This document shows positions 9,877 to 19,485 of a stretch of 64,000 nucleotides of DNA, piece after piece. The stretch lies in NCBI GenBank assembly GCA_018396535.1, contig JAGTQC010000003.1:32001-96000 (forward strand), given 5' to 3'. Origin of the DNA: Candidatus Bathyarchaeota archaeon (lineage in GTDB: Archaea; Thermoproteota; CALKCG01; B24; DRYS01). Numbering within the stretch: the stretch's first letter is position 1; every line of letters starts with the position of its first letter. Both the position numbers and the translations under genes were made by a program. The notes under the pieces were generated by a model, which worked only from the letters and a program-made list of their open reading frames with translations, was not told the DNA's origin and did no database searches.

Positions 9877-10513
9877 ATAGCTTATAGGCTATCCTAGTAA
9901 TCCTAGATGATATAGTGGAAGCTCTACCTACAGGTCTACAAAGCTTCATAGATATAGCTTCGATTATATCCTTTAGATTAACGCTATCGCATTCGATTAT
10001 GGTATATGAATCACCTATCGTATCCGGTATATGGCTATCACTACTACCGAGCTTAGCCGCTCCTAAAACCTCTGCTAGCCTAGAATTCCTAGTATAAGCT
10101 ACCCTATATGGTCTTAGAGAAGCGTTTAAAACTTCTACACAATCGATCCTGGATAGCCTAGTATATCTGGAATCACCTATCCTCATAGGGTTTGGATGAG
10201 CTAATACGACTATACCTCCAAGCCTATGTATATAGTCTATGAAGCTTTGAGCATAGGTTCTCCCATGCACACATACATCTGTAACACCTAAACCTATCAT
10301 ATGCCCGATTTCAGTCTCCACTTCTAATCCAGGTATAGCGATAATCCTACCGTAAATCCTCTCTACTAATCCAGATCTAGGTGCTATACCGTGATCAGTA
10401 ATAGCTACACCATCCAACCCCTTCATCCTAGTATAAGCTATCAAGCTAGATATACCTATAGATGAATCCCTAGATCTAACCGTATGTACGTGTAGATCTA
10501 ATTTAATTCTCAG
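9848..10513 (-). CDS. PHP domain metal-dependent phosphoesterase; CTG start inferred
   Basis: The DLHVHT motif lies upstream of the track start (10444); the frame stays open only to CTG at 10513, after an in-frame TAG; SD-like GGGTGA upstream; AITDH, AHP, GSSDSH. Confidence 0.85.
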   Translation of the reverse strand: MRIKLDLHVHTVRSRDSSIGISSLIAYTRMKGLDGVAITDHGIAPRSGLVERIYGRIIAIPGLEVETEIGHMIGLGVTDVCVHGRTYAQSFIDYIHRLGGIVVLAHPNPMRIGDSRYTRLSRIDCVEVLNASLRPYRVAYTRNSRLAEVLGAAKLGSSDSHIPDTIGDSYTIIECDSVNLKDIIEAISMKLCRPVGRASTISSRITRIAYKLSKLSSMIDS

Positions 10514-12173
10514 CTAGCTTCACCCTAAGCTTAGCCTCCTCCTCCTCTACATCTACCTTAGATATCTTCTCAAAGAATATCTTCGGCTTCCCTATCCTAG
10601 CACCGGGTTTGAACTCCATGTACACCTCATCCCACCTAACCATCTCATCTAAACCGAGGATTCTTCTAAGCTCGATCGCAGTGTATGGTAGATACATGAA
10701 TAATAGTACACTAAGCTTATAGATTATCTGTAAAGCTACGTATATAGTCCTAGCAGCTTCATCCCTAGAAACCCTCCAAGGCTCCCTTTCGTTAAGTAAT
10801 CTATTCCCGAGAGCGGATAATTCTAGTATATGGGAGAGCCCCTCCTTAAACCTGAAGCTCTCTAAGCTTGATTCGACTTCTCTAACCAATCTATCAGCCT
10901 CCTCTAGATACATCCTATCCTCATCCATCAGAATCTTTGGATCAGGTACCTCGCTGTTAAACAATCTATATGTTAGAGTTAGCGTTCTATACAAGAAGTT
11001 AGCTAGATTACCTATAAGTTCATCATTAACTTTAGACATGAAATCGATCCATCTAAAATCGCTATCCCTAAACTCAGGTGCTATCCTAGCAGCGTAGAAT
11101 CTAATCATATCTGGATGAAACTTCTCGAGCATCTCATGCAGCCATACAACCCATCCTCGACTAGTAGATAGCTTACGCCCTTCTAAAGTTACAAATTCAT
11201 TAACTACCACATTCTCAGGTAGTATATAGCCTCCGTGAGCTATTAGTAGAGCTGGGAATAGTATGGTATGGAAGAATAGGTTATCCTTACCTATGAAGCA
11301 ATACAGTTCTGTACTACTATCTAACCAGAAGCGTTTCCAAGAATCGGATTCCCCCTTCTCCATAGCCCAATCCTTAGTAGCTGAGATGTATCCTAGGAGA
11401 TTCTCAGCCCAGTTATATATAACCTGCTTCTCAGCACCTGGGAACGGTGCTGGAGGACCCCAATCGTAATCTCTAGTTATATCCTTATCCTTTAATCCCT
11501 CTCTTTTAAGCCAGTCTATAGTCTTATTATATGTAGCCCGTCTCCAATTCTTCTTAGGCTCTACATACCTTAATACATCCTCTGTTAAAGCTGAAAGTTT
11601 TAGAAACCAGTGTATAGTCCTCTGTTCTATAGGTTTAGCTCCGCATATACTACATCTAGGGTTTAATAGCTCCCATGCCTCGTACCATCTACCACATACC
11701 TCGCATACATCTCCATACTGATCCTCCGCTCCACAATATGGGCATACACCTTTAACAAACCTATCTGGTAGAGGCCTTCTACAATTAGGACAGTATAATT
11801 GTGTAATCTCCTTAGGATATACGTAGCCTTTACGGTATAGATTCTCATAGAATTCTCTAACAGTATCATAGTGTATAGGTTTAGATGTTCTAGAGTATAT
11901 ATCGAAGCTTATAGCTAGTTTTTCGAAGACGGTCTTCTGTATATCGTAATACTTATCGCATAATTCTCTAGGTGTTAAACCCTGTTTTAAAGCTTCTAGG
12001 ATTACAGAGGCGGCATTTTCATCGGTTCCGCAGACGAAGAGGACTTCATCACCCTTCATCCTTCTAAACCTAGCATATATATCTGCTGGGAGGTATGCTC
12101 CAGCTAGATGGCCGAAATGTCTTGGAGCGTATACATACGGGAGAGCCGCTGTTATTAGTATACGCTTACCCAG
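10503..12173 (-). CDS. metG: Methionyl-tRNA synthetase (no C-terminal Trbp111 domain); CTG start inferred
   Basis: Extension gives LGKRILITAALPYVYAPRHFGHLAGAYLPADIYARF (HIGH region); Zn knuckles; FIGKDN; KLSTS; GGAGGTG SD 8 nt before CTG at 12173. Confidence 0.95.
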   Translation of the reverse strand: MGKRILITAALPYVYAPRHFGHLAGAYLPADIYARFRRMKGDEVLFVCGTDENAASVILEALKQGLTPRELCDKYYDIQKTVFEKLAISFDIYSRTSKPIHYDTVREFYENLYRKGYVYPKEITQLYCPNCRRPLPDRFVKGVCPYCGAEDQYGDVCEVCGRWYEAWELLNPRCSICGAKPIEQRTIHWFLKLSALTEDVLRYVEPKKNWRRATYNKTIDWLKREGLKDKDITRDYDWGPPAPFPGAEKQVIYNWAENLLGYISATKDWAMEKGESDSWKRFWLDSSTELYCFIGKDNLFFHTILFPALLIAHGGYILPENVVVNEFVTLEGRKLSTSRGWVVWLHEMLEKFHPDMIRFYAARIAPEFRDSDFRWIDFMSKVNDELIGNLANFLYRTLTLTYRLFNSEVPDPKILMDEDRMYLEEADRLVREVESSLESFRFKEGLSHILELSALGNRLLNEREPWRVSRDEAARTIYVALQIIYKLSVLLFMYLPYTAIELRRILGLDEMVRWDEVYMEFKPGARIGKPKIFFEKISKVDVEEEEAKLRVKLAEN

Positions 12174-12273
12174 TTCTCAGACACCTCCACTCCTCTTCTA
12201 GCATCTACATCTAAGTTATCGTTAAGCCTATAGGATTCAAGTAAATATTTCCCGCTATTAATCTGAATACGCC

Positions 12274-12693
12274 TTACATTCTATCCTTAGTAAGTCTTTC
12301 CATACTCTGCTTGAGCATGCATCTAATCGTAGATGGATCTACTCGTTCACCCTTTGCTTTCTTAATTAGAGCCCATAAACCTATAACTCCAAGCCCCATA
12401 GCATCGCTTAGAAACGGTTCTGGAAACAATATTAGGAGCCATGCTAGGAGTAGCAGGTTATCCTCTAGACCTGGTTTTAAATTTTCCCTATTAATTTCGA
12501 TCCTCCTCATTAAGGTTCTAGCTTCGATTAGAAGATGTCTCCTCCTCTCTAAAGGTAGATTCTCCAGGTTCAATGCTTCATAGATTAACCTGTAAGGCTC
12601 TACCTTTAGATATGTATCTACAGCTCTATGAAACTTATCTATACTTTTAAGCTTCTTCTCTAGATTTAATATAGCTTTATCTATGCTATCCAT
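12274..12693 (-). CDS. Hypothetical protein with a hydrophobic segment
   Basis: 139 aa ORF; LLLLAWLLILFPEPFLSDAMGLGVIGLWALI. Confidence 0.6.
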   Translation of the reverse strand: MDSIDKAILNLEKKLKSIDKFHRAVDTYLKVEPYRLIYEALNLENLPLERRRHLLIEARTLMRRIEINRENLKPGLEDNLLLLAWLLILFPEPFLSDAMGLGVIGLWALIKKAKGERVDPSTIRCMLKQSMERLTKDRM

Positions 12694-12878
12694 CTTATCT
12701 TCGATCTCCTTCTATCAGATATTAAGCATTATACTCGCTCTACATATAAAAGCGGTCTTAAGATTGATTCTCAACTATACACTACTTCTAGACTATAGTA
12801 TTATACTAAACGATAACGAGTAGCTTGATCAACGGAGGAATGTTTATTAAAATATGTAGCATACATTCTATACCAGTT

Positions 12879-13298
12879 ATGAGTGGATTCAAATTCGATT
12901 ATGAATCTATGCTTGATGAAGCTTATAGTAGACTCCCATCTAAATTAAAATCTACAGGTAGGTTTGAAGTTCCACGTCCTAGAGTAGAGGCAGCTGGTAA
13001 GAGGACTATAATCCTAAATTTCAAACAGATAGCGGAAGCTATGAATAGAGATGAGAAGGAGTTAGCTAATTACCTAGTTAGGGAGCTTGGTACAGCCCCC
13101 TCGTTTGAAGGTGATAATCTCGTACTACAGGGTAGGTTTAGCCAGCAGAGTGTGGAGAGAGCTATCAACACATATATAAGGGATTATGTAGTGTGTCCTG
13201 TATGTAAGAGGCCAGATACAGTTTTAGTTAAAGAGAAAAAATTCCTATTCCTAGTATGTCAAGCATGTGGTGCTAGATCATCTGTTAGACCATACTAA
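12879..13298 (+). CDS. eif2b: Translation initiation factor 2 subunit beta (aIF2-beta)
   Basis: YESMLDEAY, RFEVP, NFKQIA, ELGT, CPVCKRPDT...CQACGA. Confidence 0.95.
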   Translation: MSGFKFDYESMLDEAYSRLPSKLKSTGRFEVPRPRVEAAGKRTIILNFKQIAEAMNRDEKELANYLVRELGTAPSFEGDNLVLQGRFSQQSVERAINTYIRDYVVCPVCKRPDTVLVKEKKFLFLVCQACGARSSVRPY

Positions 13299-13816
13299 TA
13301 CTCTATCCCCTTCCTAGCTGGTATACCTAGATAGAATGGATGCTTAACCTCGATCATCTCTGTAACAAGATCTGCTCTCTCTATAAGCTCTCTAGGAGCA
13401 TTTCTCCCTGTTAAGACTACTACTGTTTCATCTGGTACTGCATCTAGGAGGGATATAATATCTTCAACTTTAAGTAAGCCTGCAGCTGCTGCGAGGTTTA
13501 CTTCATCTAGAATTAATACTCTAGGCCTCCTCTCCAGAGCCTTCCACGCGAATTCTAAGCCAGCTTTAGCTAGCTCGTAATCTATCGAGGTAGGTTTACT
13601 TAGATCTATAAACTCCTCTCTGCCAAACTGATATATCTCGTATTCAGGTGAAAGCCTATCCTTAATCCTATACTCACCTACATCCTTTCTACCTTTAAGA
13701 AATTGCAATATAATGACCTTATACCCATGGCCTACTGCTCTTAAGGCTAAGCCGAATGCTGTTAGGCTTTTCCCCTCACCACTTCCAGTATATAGATGAA
13801 TATTACCCTTACTCAT
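13295..13816 (-). CDS. cobO: Cob(I)yrinic acid a,c-diamide adenosyltransferase (CobA/BtuR/CobO)
   Basis: YTGSGEGKS, QFLKG, LDEVN, LTGR, ADLVTEM..KHPF..G..ARKGIEY. Confidence 0.92.
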   Translation of the reverse strand: MSKGNIHLYTGSGEGKSLTAFGLALRAVGHGYKVIILQFLKGRKDVGEYRIKDRLSPEYEIYQFGREEFIDLSKPTSIDYELAKAGLEFAWKALERRPRVLILDEVNLAAAAGLLKVEDIISLLDAVPDETVVVLTGRNAPRELIERADLVTEMIEVKHPFYLGIPARKGIEY

Positions 13817-14023
13817 AGCGTTACCTTAAACCTAAATTAGATTTGAGATGAGGTTAAAAATTTACTTCAGTCTACATAGATTATAGATAGTGCTCATATA
13901 TTTAGTTATATAATTTGGCCATCTTTAAACATGATTCAGCAATTTTTAAATCTCAGATCTTCCAGGGTATCATAACCTATATCCTACTAGGGAATCAAAA
14001 CTGTACAGCTGTACTGGTGAGGT

Positions 14024-15211
14024 ATGGTGAAGGGGCTTCATCCACGTAACGTTCTACTCATAGTTACTCTATCTCATACTATGCAGCATATATTCGTAGG
14101 ATCATCCATCCTCTTCCCTCTTATAATTTCAGAGTTGAACCTAGATTACACTACGTTCGGTGTAATCATAGCTTTAGCATCATCGATCGGAGGTCTATCA
14201 CAAATGATGTTTAGTATAGCTAGCCGTAGAGTATCTAGGCATATACTCCTAGGATCTGGTAATATGGCTCTATCGATAGGTATGATTATCACAGGTTTAT
14301 CGAAAGGTATCTCAGATCTCGCTTTTGCAAGGCTCCTCTCGAACATAGGTACTGCCCCTCAGCATCCTATAGGTACTGCGATAATAAGTGAGAAATTCGA
14401 TAGTAGGTCTACTGGTAAAGCGTTAGGCTTCCATTACGGTATAGCGTATATAGGTAATATAGTTGGGCCTATTCTGATGACGGTATCAGCTATAGCTTTA
14501 GGTTGGAGGATGACATTTCTCATATTCTCTATACCAGCTCTCATAGTAGGTTTAACTATCGTATGGTATCTAGGTAAGGATCCAAGTATATCTGGTAGAG
14601 GTATAAGGGATAGGCATGCGGTTAAGGATCTAAAGTCTGATCTAACTTCTATCTTAAGGGTTAGAGGTATACCCTTTGTACTGGCTTCTCAGATAGCGAT
14701 ATCCGGTGGAGTAGATATAGGGATATTAACTACATATATACCTATCTTCCTCGCAGATTTTATAAGAATTGATGTATACGAGAGGAGCCTCATATATGCT
14801 ATAGGCCTTCTTGGTGGATCCATAGGGCCACTTCTCCTTGGAAGATATGGAGATATAGCTGGCTACCTAAGGATAGCTCCCACAGCCGCTGGGATAGCTT
14901 CTATCCTAGTTTATTCTATGGTGATGCATAAGTCTAGCAGCATACTTCTAGCATTACACATATTTCTTCTTATGTTCACAGGCTTCTCCCTACCGACCTT
15001 GCTACAATCCTACATAGTTAGATCTGTATATGGGTATGATAGGGATCTAGTTGTAGGATTATTCTTTACTGTAAATTTCATCTCTAATTCTATATGGGCT
15101 GCTGTGATAGGATATATCGTAGATGTATACTCATCATTCGATCCAGCTCTCATACTAATGGGTTCACTTGGCTTAATAGGGATGCTTATCCTACTAGTCC
15201 AAATTAATTAG
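14024..15211 (+). CDS. MFS transporter
   Basis: 395 aa with about 12 hydrophobic segments; HP..GKALGFH..GNIVGP. Confidence 0.85.
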   Translation: MVKGLHPRNVLLIVTLSHTMQHIFVGSSILFPLIISELNLDYTTFGVIIALASSIGGLSQMMFSIASRRVSRHILLGSGNMALSIGMIITGLSKGISDLAFARLLSNIGTAPQHPIGTAIISEKFDSRSTGKALGFHYGIAYIGNIVGPILMTVSAIALGWRMTFLIFSIPALIVGLTIVWYLGKDPSISGRGIRDRHAVKDLKSDLTSILRVRGIPFVLASQIAISGGVDIGILTTYIPIFLADFIRIDVYERSLIYAIGLLGGSIGPLLLGRYGDIAGYLRIAPTAAGIASILVYSMVMHKSSSILLALHIFLLMFTGFSLPTLLQSYIVRSVYGYDRDLVVGLFFTVNFISNSIWAAVIGYIVDVYSSFDPALILMGSLGLIGMLILLVQIN

Positions 15212-15311
15212 ATAAGTCTTGATTATATTAGGATCCCCGTCTTTAAAAATAGTTATATCCCTACGTAGAGTTTAAATATATGGTATCTAAACCTTGAAAT
15301 GCTAAGAAGGT

Positions 15312-16127
15312 TTGAATCTCGAGGTAGTCGAAAAAACGGAAGATTCATTAGCGTTAATCATACATAGTTTACCCTTAGGTCTAATTAACGCTATAAGGAG
15401 GATAATGATAGCTGAAGTTCCATCGATGGCTATAGATGACGTATTGATAGTAGAGAATAGCTCTTTCATATACGATGAAGTTTTAGCTCATAGACTTGGA
15501 CTTATACCGCTTATAACCGATTTAGACTCGTTTGTTAAACCTGAAGACTGTGATTGTGGAGAACCCTTAGGTTGTGGTCGATGCAGGGCGGTCCTACTGC
15601 TAGATGTGGAAGCTAAAGACTCTATAAGGGTTGTATATTCTTCAGATCTAAAACCAGACCCATCTAATCCTACAGTTAGACCTGTGAATCCAGATATACC
15701 TATAGCTAAGCTTGCCCCAGGCCAGAGGATCAAATTAGAAGCTTACGCCAGACTGGGTGTAGGTTTGCAGCATGCTAAATGGCAGCCTGTGACTGTATGC
15801 TATCACAGATATATAGCTTCTATCACTATCCATAGAGATAGATGTGATGGATGCGGTAGATGCGTGGATGTATGTTATCGAAAAGTTCTAGCCCTAATAA
15901 ATGGTATAGTTAGTCCAGTTAATATACTTGAATGTACTTTATGTAATGATTGTGTAACTTCATGTCCTAGAGCAGCTATAGAGGTTAGGCCTGAGAAAGA
16001 CTCCTTCTACTTAAAATTTGAAACTACGGGTTCGCTCCCCCCTCAAAGGATATTCGAAGAGGCGCTTAAAATCCTTAGAGCTAAAGCCTCAGAGTTCGTA
16101 TCTAAGCTTGGAGGTGTAGAAAGGTGA
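15312..16127 (+). CDS. rpoD: RNA polymerase subunit D (Rpo3) with ferredoxin-like Fe-S domain
   Basis: NAIRRIMIAEVP, LAHRLGLIPL, HAKWQP, two CxxCxxCxxxC motifs. Confidence 0.96.
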   Translation: MNLEVVEKTEDSLALIIHSLPLGLINAIRRIMIAEVPSMAIDDVLIVENSSFIYDEVLAHRLGLIPLITDLDSFVKPEDCDCGEPLGCGRCRAVLLLDVEAKDSIRVVYSSDLKPDPSNPTVRPVNPDIPIAKLAPGQRIKLEAYARLGVGLQHAKWQPVTVCYHRYIASITIHRDRCDGCGRCVDVCYRKVLALINGIVSPVNILECTLCNDCVTSCPRAAIEVRPEKDSFYLKFETTGSLPPQRIFEEALKILRAKASEFVSKLGGVER

Positions 16128-16480
16128 AATTAGGTAAATCTAATCCAATTCTAATAGAGACTATAAAAATCCTTAGGAATACAGCTAAATCCCGTAAGAA
16201 GCGTGTATGGGATGCTATAGCGAATAAGCTAGAAAAGCCTGGTGATATCAGGATCGTAAACGTCTCTAAACTCGATAAGTATCTTAACGATGGTGATATA
16301 GCTGTAGTCCCAGGTAAGGTTCTAGGTGGGGGTTCTATCAGTAAGAGAGTTACCGTAGCAGCTTTAGCGTTTTCCGCAAAGGCTAAGAGTAAGATAGAAT
16401 CTGCAGGTGGTAGGTGTATAAGCTTGAGGAAGCTAATCGAAGAGAATCCTGATGGATCATATGTTAAGATTATCGGGTGA
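16124..16480 (+). CDS. rpl18e: 50S ribosomal protein L18e
   Basis: VNVSKL, VVPGKVLGGG, FSAKAKSKIESAGG; operon position. Confidence 0.95.
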   Translation: MKLGKSNPILIETIKILRNTAKSRKKRVWDAIANKLEKPGDIRIVNVSKLDKYLNDGDIAVVPGKVLGGGSISKRVTVAALAFSAKAKSKIESAGGRCISLRKLIEENPDGSYVKIIG

Positions 16481-16486
16481 TATAGC

Positions 16487-16939
16487 ATGTCTAATACCAT
16501 TACAGATTCTATAATCATAGATGCATCCAACCATATATTAGGTAGACTTGCAAGCTTCATAGCTAAGAAACTTCTTCAGGGTTACCGAGTATTCGTGGTT
16601 AACGCTGAAAAAGCCGTAGTATCTTGTACATCTCGGCAATCTATCGTAGAAGAGTGGAAGAGTTTTATAGAGGTTGGCCGTTATAGAGCAGGGCCACTCC
16701 ATTATAGGAGACCCGATAGAATACTACGTAGAGTTGTGAGGGGGATGCTCCCCTATAGAACTGAAAAGGGGCGTAGAGCTTATAAACGATTAAAGGTATA
16801 CATAGGTTTCCCTGAAGAATTGAAGGGTTGCAGTATACTGGAAGTACCAGAAGCTAAATCAGATAAGCTTAGATGTAGGTTTATAACTCTTGCAGAATTA
16901 GCTGAGAGTATAGGTTGGAAATGTGGTGGTGAGGATTGA
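16487..16939 (+). CDS. rpl13: 50S ribosomal protein L13
   Basis: IDASNHILGRLAS, NAEKAV, RRVVRGMLP. Confidence 0.95.
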   Translation: MSNTITDSIIIDASNHILGRLASFIAKKLLQGYRVFVVNAEKAVVSCTSRQSIVEEWKSFIEVGRYRAGPLHYRRPDRILRRVVRGMLPYRTEKGRRAYKRLKVYIGFPEELKGCSILEVPEAKSDKLRCRFITLAELAESIGWKCGGED

Positions 16940-17367
16940 GTAGAGCTAGAGTAGTTCGTAAGGGTTTAGTAACAGTTGGATGGAGGAAAACTGCTATTGC
17001 TAGAGCGTATATAAGAAGTGGTGGGGGTATAGTGAGAATTAATAATAAGCCGATACAGCTTCTAGAACCTGAAGAAGCACGTATACTGGCTGAGGAACCT
17101 CTCTTGATAGCTAATCTTGTAAATCCAGATATAACGAAATCTATAGATATAGATGTTAACGTCAGTGGTGGAGGGGTAATGAGTCAAGCTCAAGCTGTCA
17201 GAATGGCTATTGCAAGAGCTCTGGTTGAATGGAGCAAAGATAAAAAGCTTGAATCAATATTTAAGGATTATGATCGTACGATGCTTGTAGGCGACCCTCG
17301 TCAAACAGAACCTAAGAAATTCGGAGGGCCGGGTCCTAGAAGAAGGAGGCAAAAGAGTTATAGATAA
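16936..17367 (+). CDS. rps9: 30S ribosomal protein S9
   Basis: RKTAIARA, GGGVMSQAQA, EPKKFGGPGPRRRRQKSYR. Confidence 0.96.
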   Translation: MSRARVVRKGLVTVGWRKTAIARAYIRSGGGIVRINNKPIQLLEPEEARILAEEPLLIANLVNPDITKSIDIDVNVSGGGVMSQAQAVRMAIARALVEWSKDKKLESIFKDYDRTMLVGDPRQTEPKKFGGPGPRRRRQKSYR

Positions 17368-17370
17368 GGG

Positions 17371-17592
17371 GTGTTTACATTGGGTATGGTCCCTATAAGA
17401 TGTTTTAGTTGTGGAAAACTTCTAGCAGATAAGTGGAATTTGTTTAAATCAAGAGTCGCAAATGGTGAAGATCCAGCTAAGGTTCTAGATGATCTAGGTA
17501 TAAAACGTTACTGCTGTAGAACTGTTATGCTTTCTACAGTAGAATTTATAGATGATGTAATAAAGTACGCTATATATAGGAGGCGAGAGTAA
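17371..17592 (+). CDS. rpoN: RNA polymerase subunit N (Rpo10)
   Basis: PIRCFSCGK...LGIKRYCCR. Confidence 0.96.
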   Translation: MFTLGMVPIRCFSCGKLLADKWNLFKSRVANGEDPAKVLDDLGIKRYCCRTVMLSTVEFIDDVIKYAIYRRRE

Positions 17593-18854
17593 TGCCTGAT
17601 TATACGATTATAGAGGATATTAGAGCTCGTAAAGTATTCGATAGTAGAGGTAATCCAACAGTAGAAGTTGAGATCTACACGCGGGGTGGTGGAGTCGGTA
17701 GAGTATCGGCACCTGCAGGTGCTAGTACAGGTAAGTGGGAGGTTATAGCCTATCCGCCTGGAGGTGTGGACGAAGCTTTAAAGATACTAAAGGATGAGAT
17801 AGCTCCTAGGCTTATAGGTATGGATTCAGAGAAGCAGGAAGAGATTGATGCTATACTTAAAGAGATAGATGGCTCTCCACGTTTATCACATATAGGCGGG
17901 AATACAGCGTATGCTATATCTATAGCTAATGCTCTAGCAGCAGCTTCATCGTATGATCTACCTCTATTCATGTATCTAGGTGGAAGAAACGCTAGGTATA
18001 TGCCATATCCCGTAGGTAATATACTGGGTGGAGGTAAGCACGCAGGTGCAGGATGTCCAGATATACAGGAATTTCTATCGATACCACTAGGTGCTAAGAA
18101 TTTTATGGAAGCTGCTCAAGCTAACATTCTCGCTCATAAGAATCTACGCAATATTCTCGAGAGGGAAAATATTCCATTCTTCGGTGGCAAAGGTGATGAA
18201 GGAGCTTGGGCTCCTGCTGTGAGTGATGATAAGGCTTTCGAATATGTAGCTGAAGCTATAGAAAAAACCTCTGATGAAATAGGATTTGAAGTAAGATTTG
18301 GTGTCGACGTGGCTTCCTCATCATTCTGGAGAGAAGAGGAGGATGTATATTTCTATAAACATGGAGGGAAAAAGCTTACGACAGGCGAACAGATAGACTT
18401 CATAGTAGATAAGATAAAAAGCTATAGGCTTATATACGTAGAGGATCCACTTCATGAAGAAGATTTTGAAGGGTTTAGAGAGCTTACATCTAAGGTAAGA
18501 GGATGTTTCATAGTCGGTGACGATCTATTCGTGACTAATATAGAGAGACTTAAGAAAGGTGTGAGTCTGGGAGCAGCTAATGCTCTCATAATCAAGCCTA
18601 ACCAAGTTGGTACGATATCAGATACCATAGCTACAGTTGAATACGCTCATGAAAACCTTTATACAACAGTATTCTCCCATAGGTCTGGAGAGACTGAATC
18701 TGTAGTACTGGCACATCTAGCTGTCGGCTTAAGATGCCCCTTCGTAAAGCTTGGTGTTGTAGGTGGCGAGCGTATAGCTAAGATTAATGAGCTCATACGT
18801 ATAGAGGAGTATCTAGGATCTGAAGCTAGAATGGCTAAGGTTAGGTTCAGGTGA
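17592..18854 (+). CDS. eno: Enolase
   Basis: DSRGNPTVEV, GASTG, QEF, GDEG, VGDDLFVTN, IKPNQVG, SHRSGET. Confidence 0.96.
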   Translation: MPDYTIIEDIRARKVFDSRGNPTVEVEIYTRGGGVGRVSAPAGASTGKWEVIAYPPGGVDEALKILKDEIAPRLIGMDSEKQEEIDAILKEIDGSPRLSHIGGNTAYAISIANALAAASSYDLPLFMYLGGRNARYMPYPVGNILGGGKHAGAGCPDIQEFLSIPLGAKNFMEAAQANILAHKNLRNILERENIPFFGGKGDEGAWAPAVSDDKAFEYVAEAIEKTSDEIGFEVRFGVDVASSSFWREEEDVYFYKHGGKKLTTGEQIDFIVDKIKSYRLIYVEDPLHEEDFEGFRELTSKVRGCFIVGDDLFVTNIERLKKGVSLGAANALIIKPNQVGTISDTIATVEYAHENLYTTVFSHRSGETESVVLAHLAVGLRCPFVKLGVVGGERIAKINELIRIEEYLGSEARMAKVRFR

Positions 18855-18861
18855 TAGTATT

Positions 18862-19485
18862 ATGAGTAGTAGTGAAGTACCTAGTGGTGGAGGGGGTATC
18901 CTACTTCCGCTAGATCTAGCGTTATCATCAGGTATACATATAGGGTCTATGGTTAAAACGAAGCATATGGAACCATTCATATACAAAGTTAGAAGTGATG
19001 GCGTAAATATAATCAATATGGTAAAGATTATGGAGAGAATACAGATTGCCGCAAAATTCCTAGCTAGGTTTGTCCCGTCTGAAGTTTATATAGTATCATC
19101 TAGAGTTCATGCACGTAAACCTGTATTAAAGTTCTGTGAAGTTACAGGATTTAAGCCGATAGTTGGGCGCTTCTTACCTGGCACCTTCACTAATCCAAGT
19201 TTAGCTACATATGTGGAACCTAAGGTCGTCTTAGTAGTTGATCCTAGAGTAGATGAGCAAGCTGTAGTAGAAGCTTCTAAAGTAGGAATACCTGTGATTT
19301 CACTAGTGGATACGGATAACTCTCTCTCTAATGTAGATCTAGCTATACCATGTAATAATAAGGGTAGAAAAGCGCTAGCTATGGTATTCTGGCTGCTAGC
19401 ACGTGAAGTTTTAAGAGTCACAGGTACTCTATCACCAAGTGAGGATTTAAACATACCAGTGAAAGAATTTGAAGAGGAGGTATAA
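18862..19485 (+). CDS. rps2: 30S ribosomal protein S2
   Basis: GIHIG, GRFLPGTFTNP, DTDN, IPCNNKGRKAL. Confidence 0.96.
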   Translation: MSSSEVPSGGGGILLPLDLALSSGIHIGSMVKTKHMEPFIYKVRSDGVNIINMVKIMERIQIAAKFLARFVPSEVYIVSSRVHARKPVLKFCEVTGFKPIVGRFLPGTFTNPSLATYVEPKVVLVVDPRVDEQAVVEASKVGIPVISLVDTDNSLSNVDLAIPCNNKGRKALAMVFWLLAREVLRVTGTLSPSEDLNIPVKEFEEEV

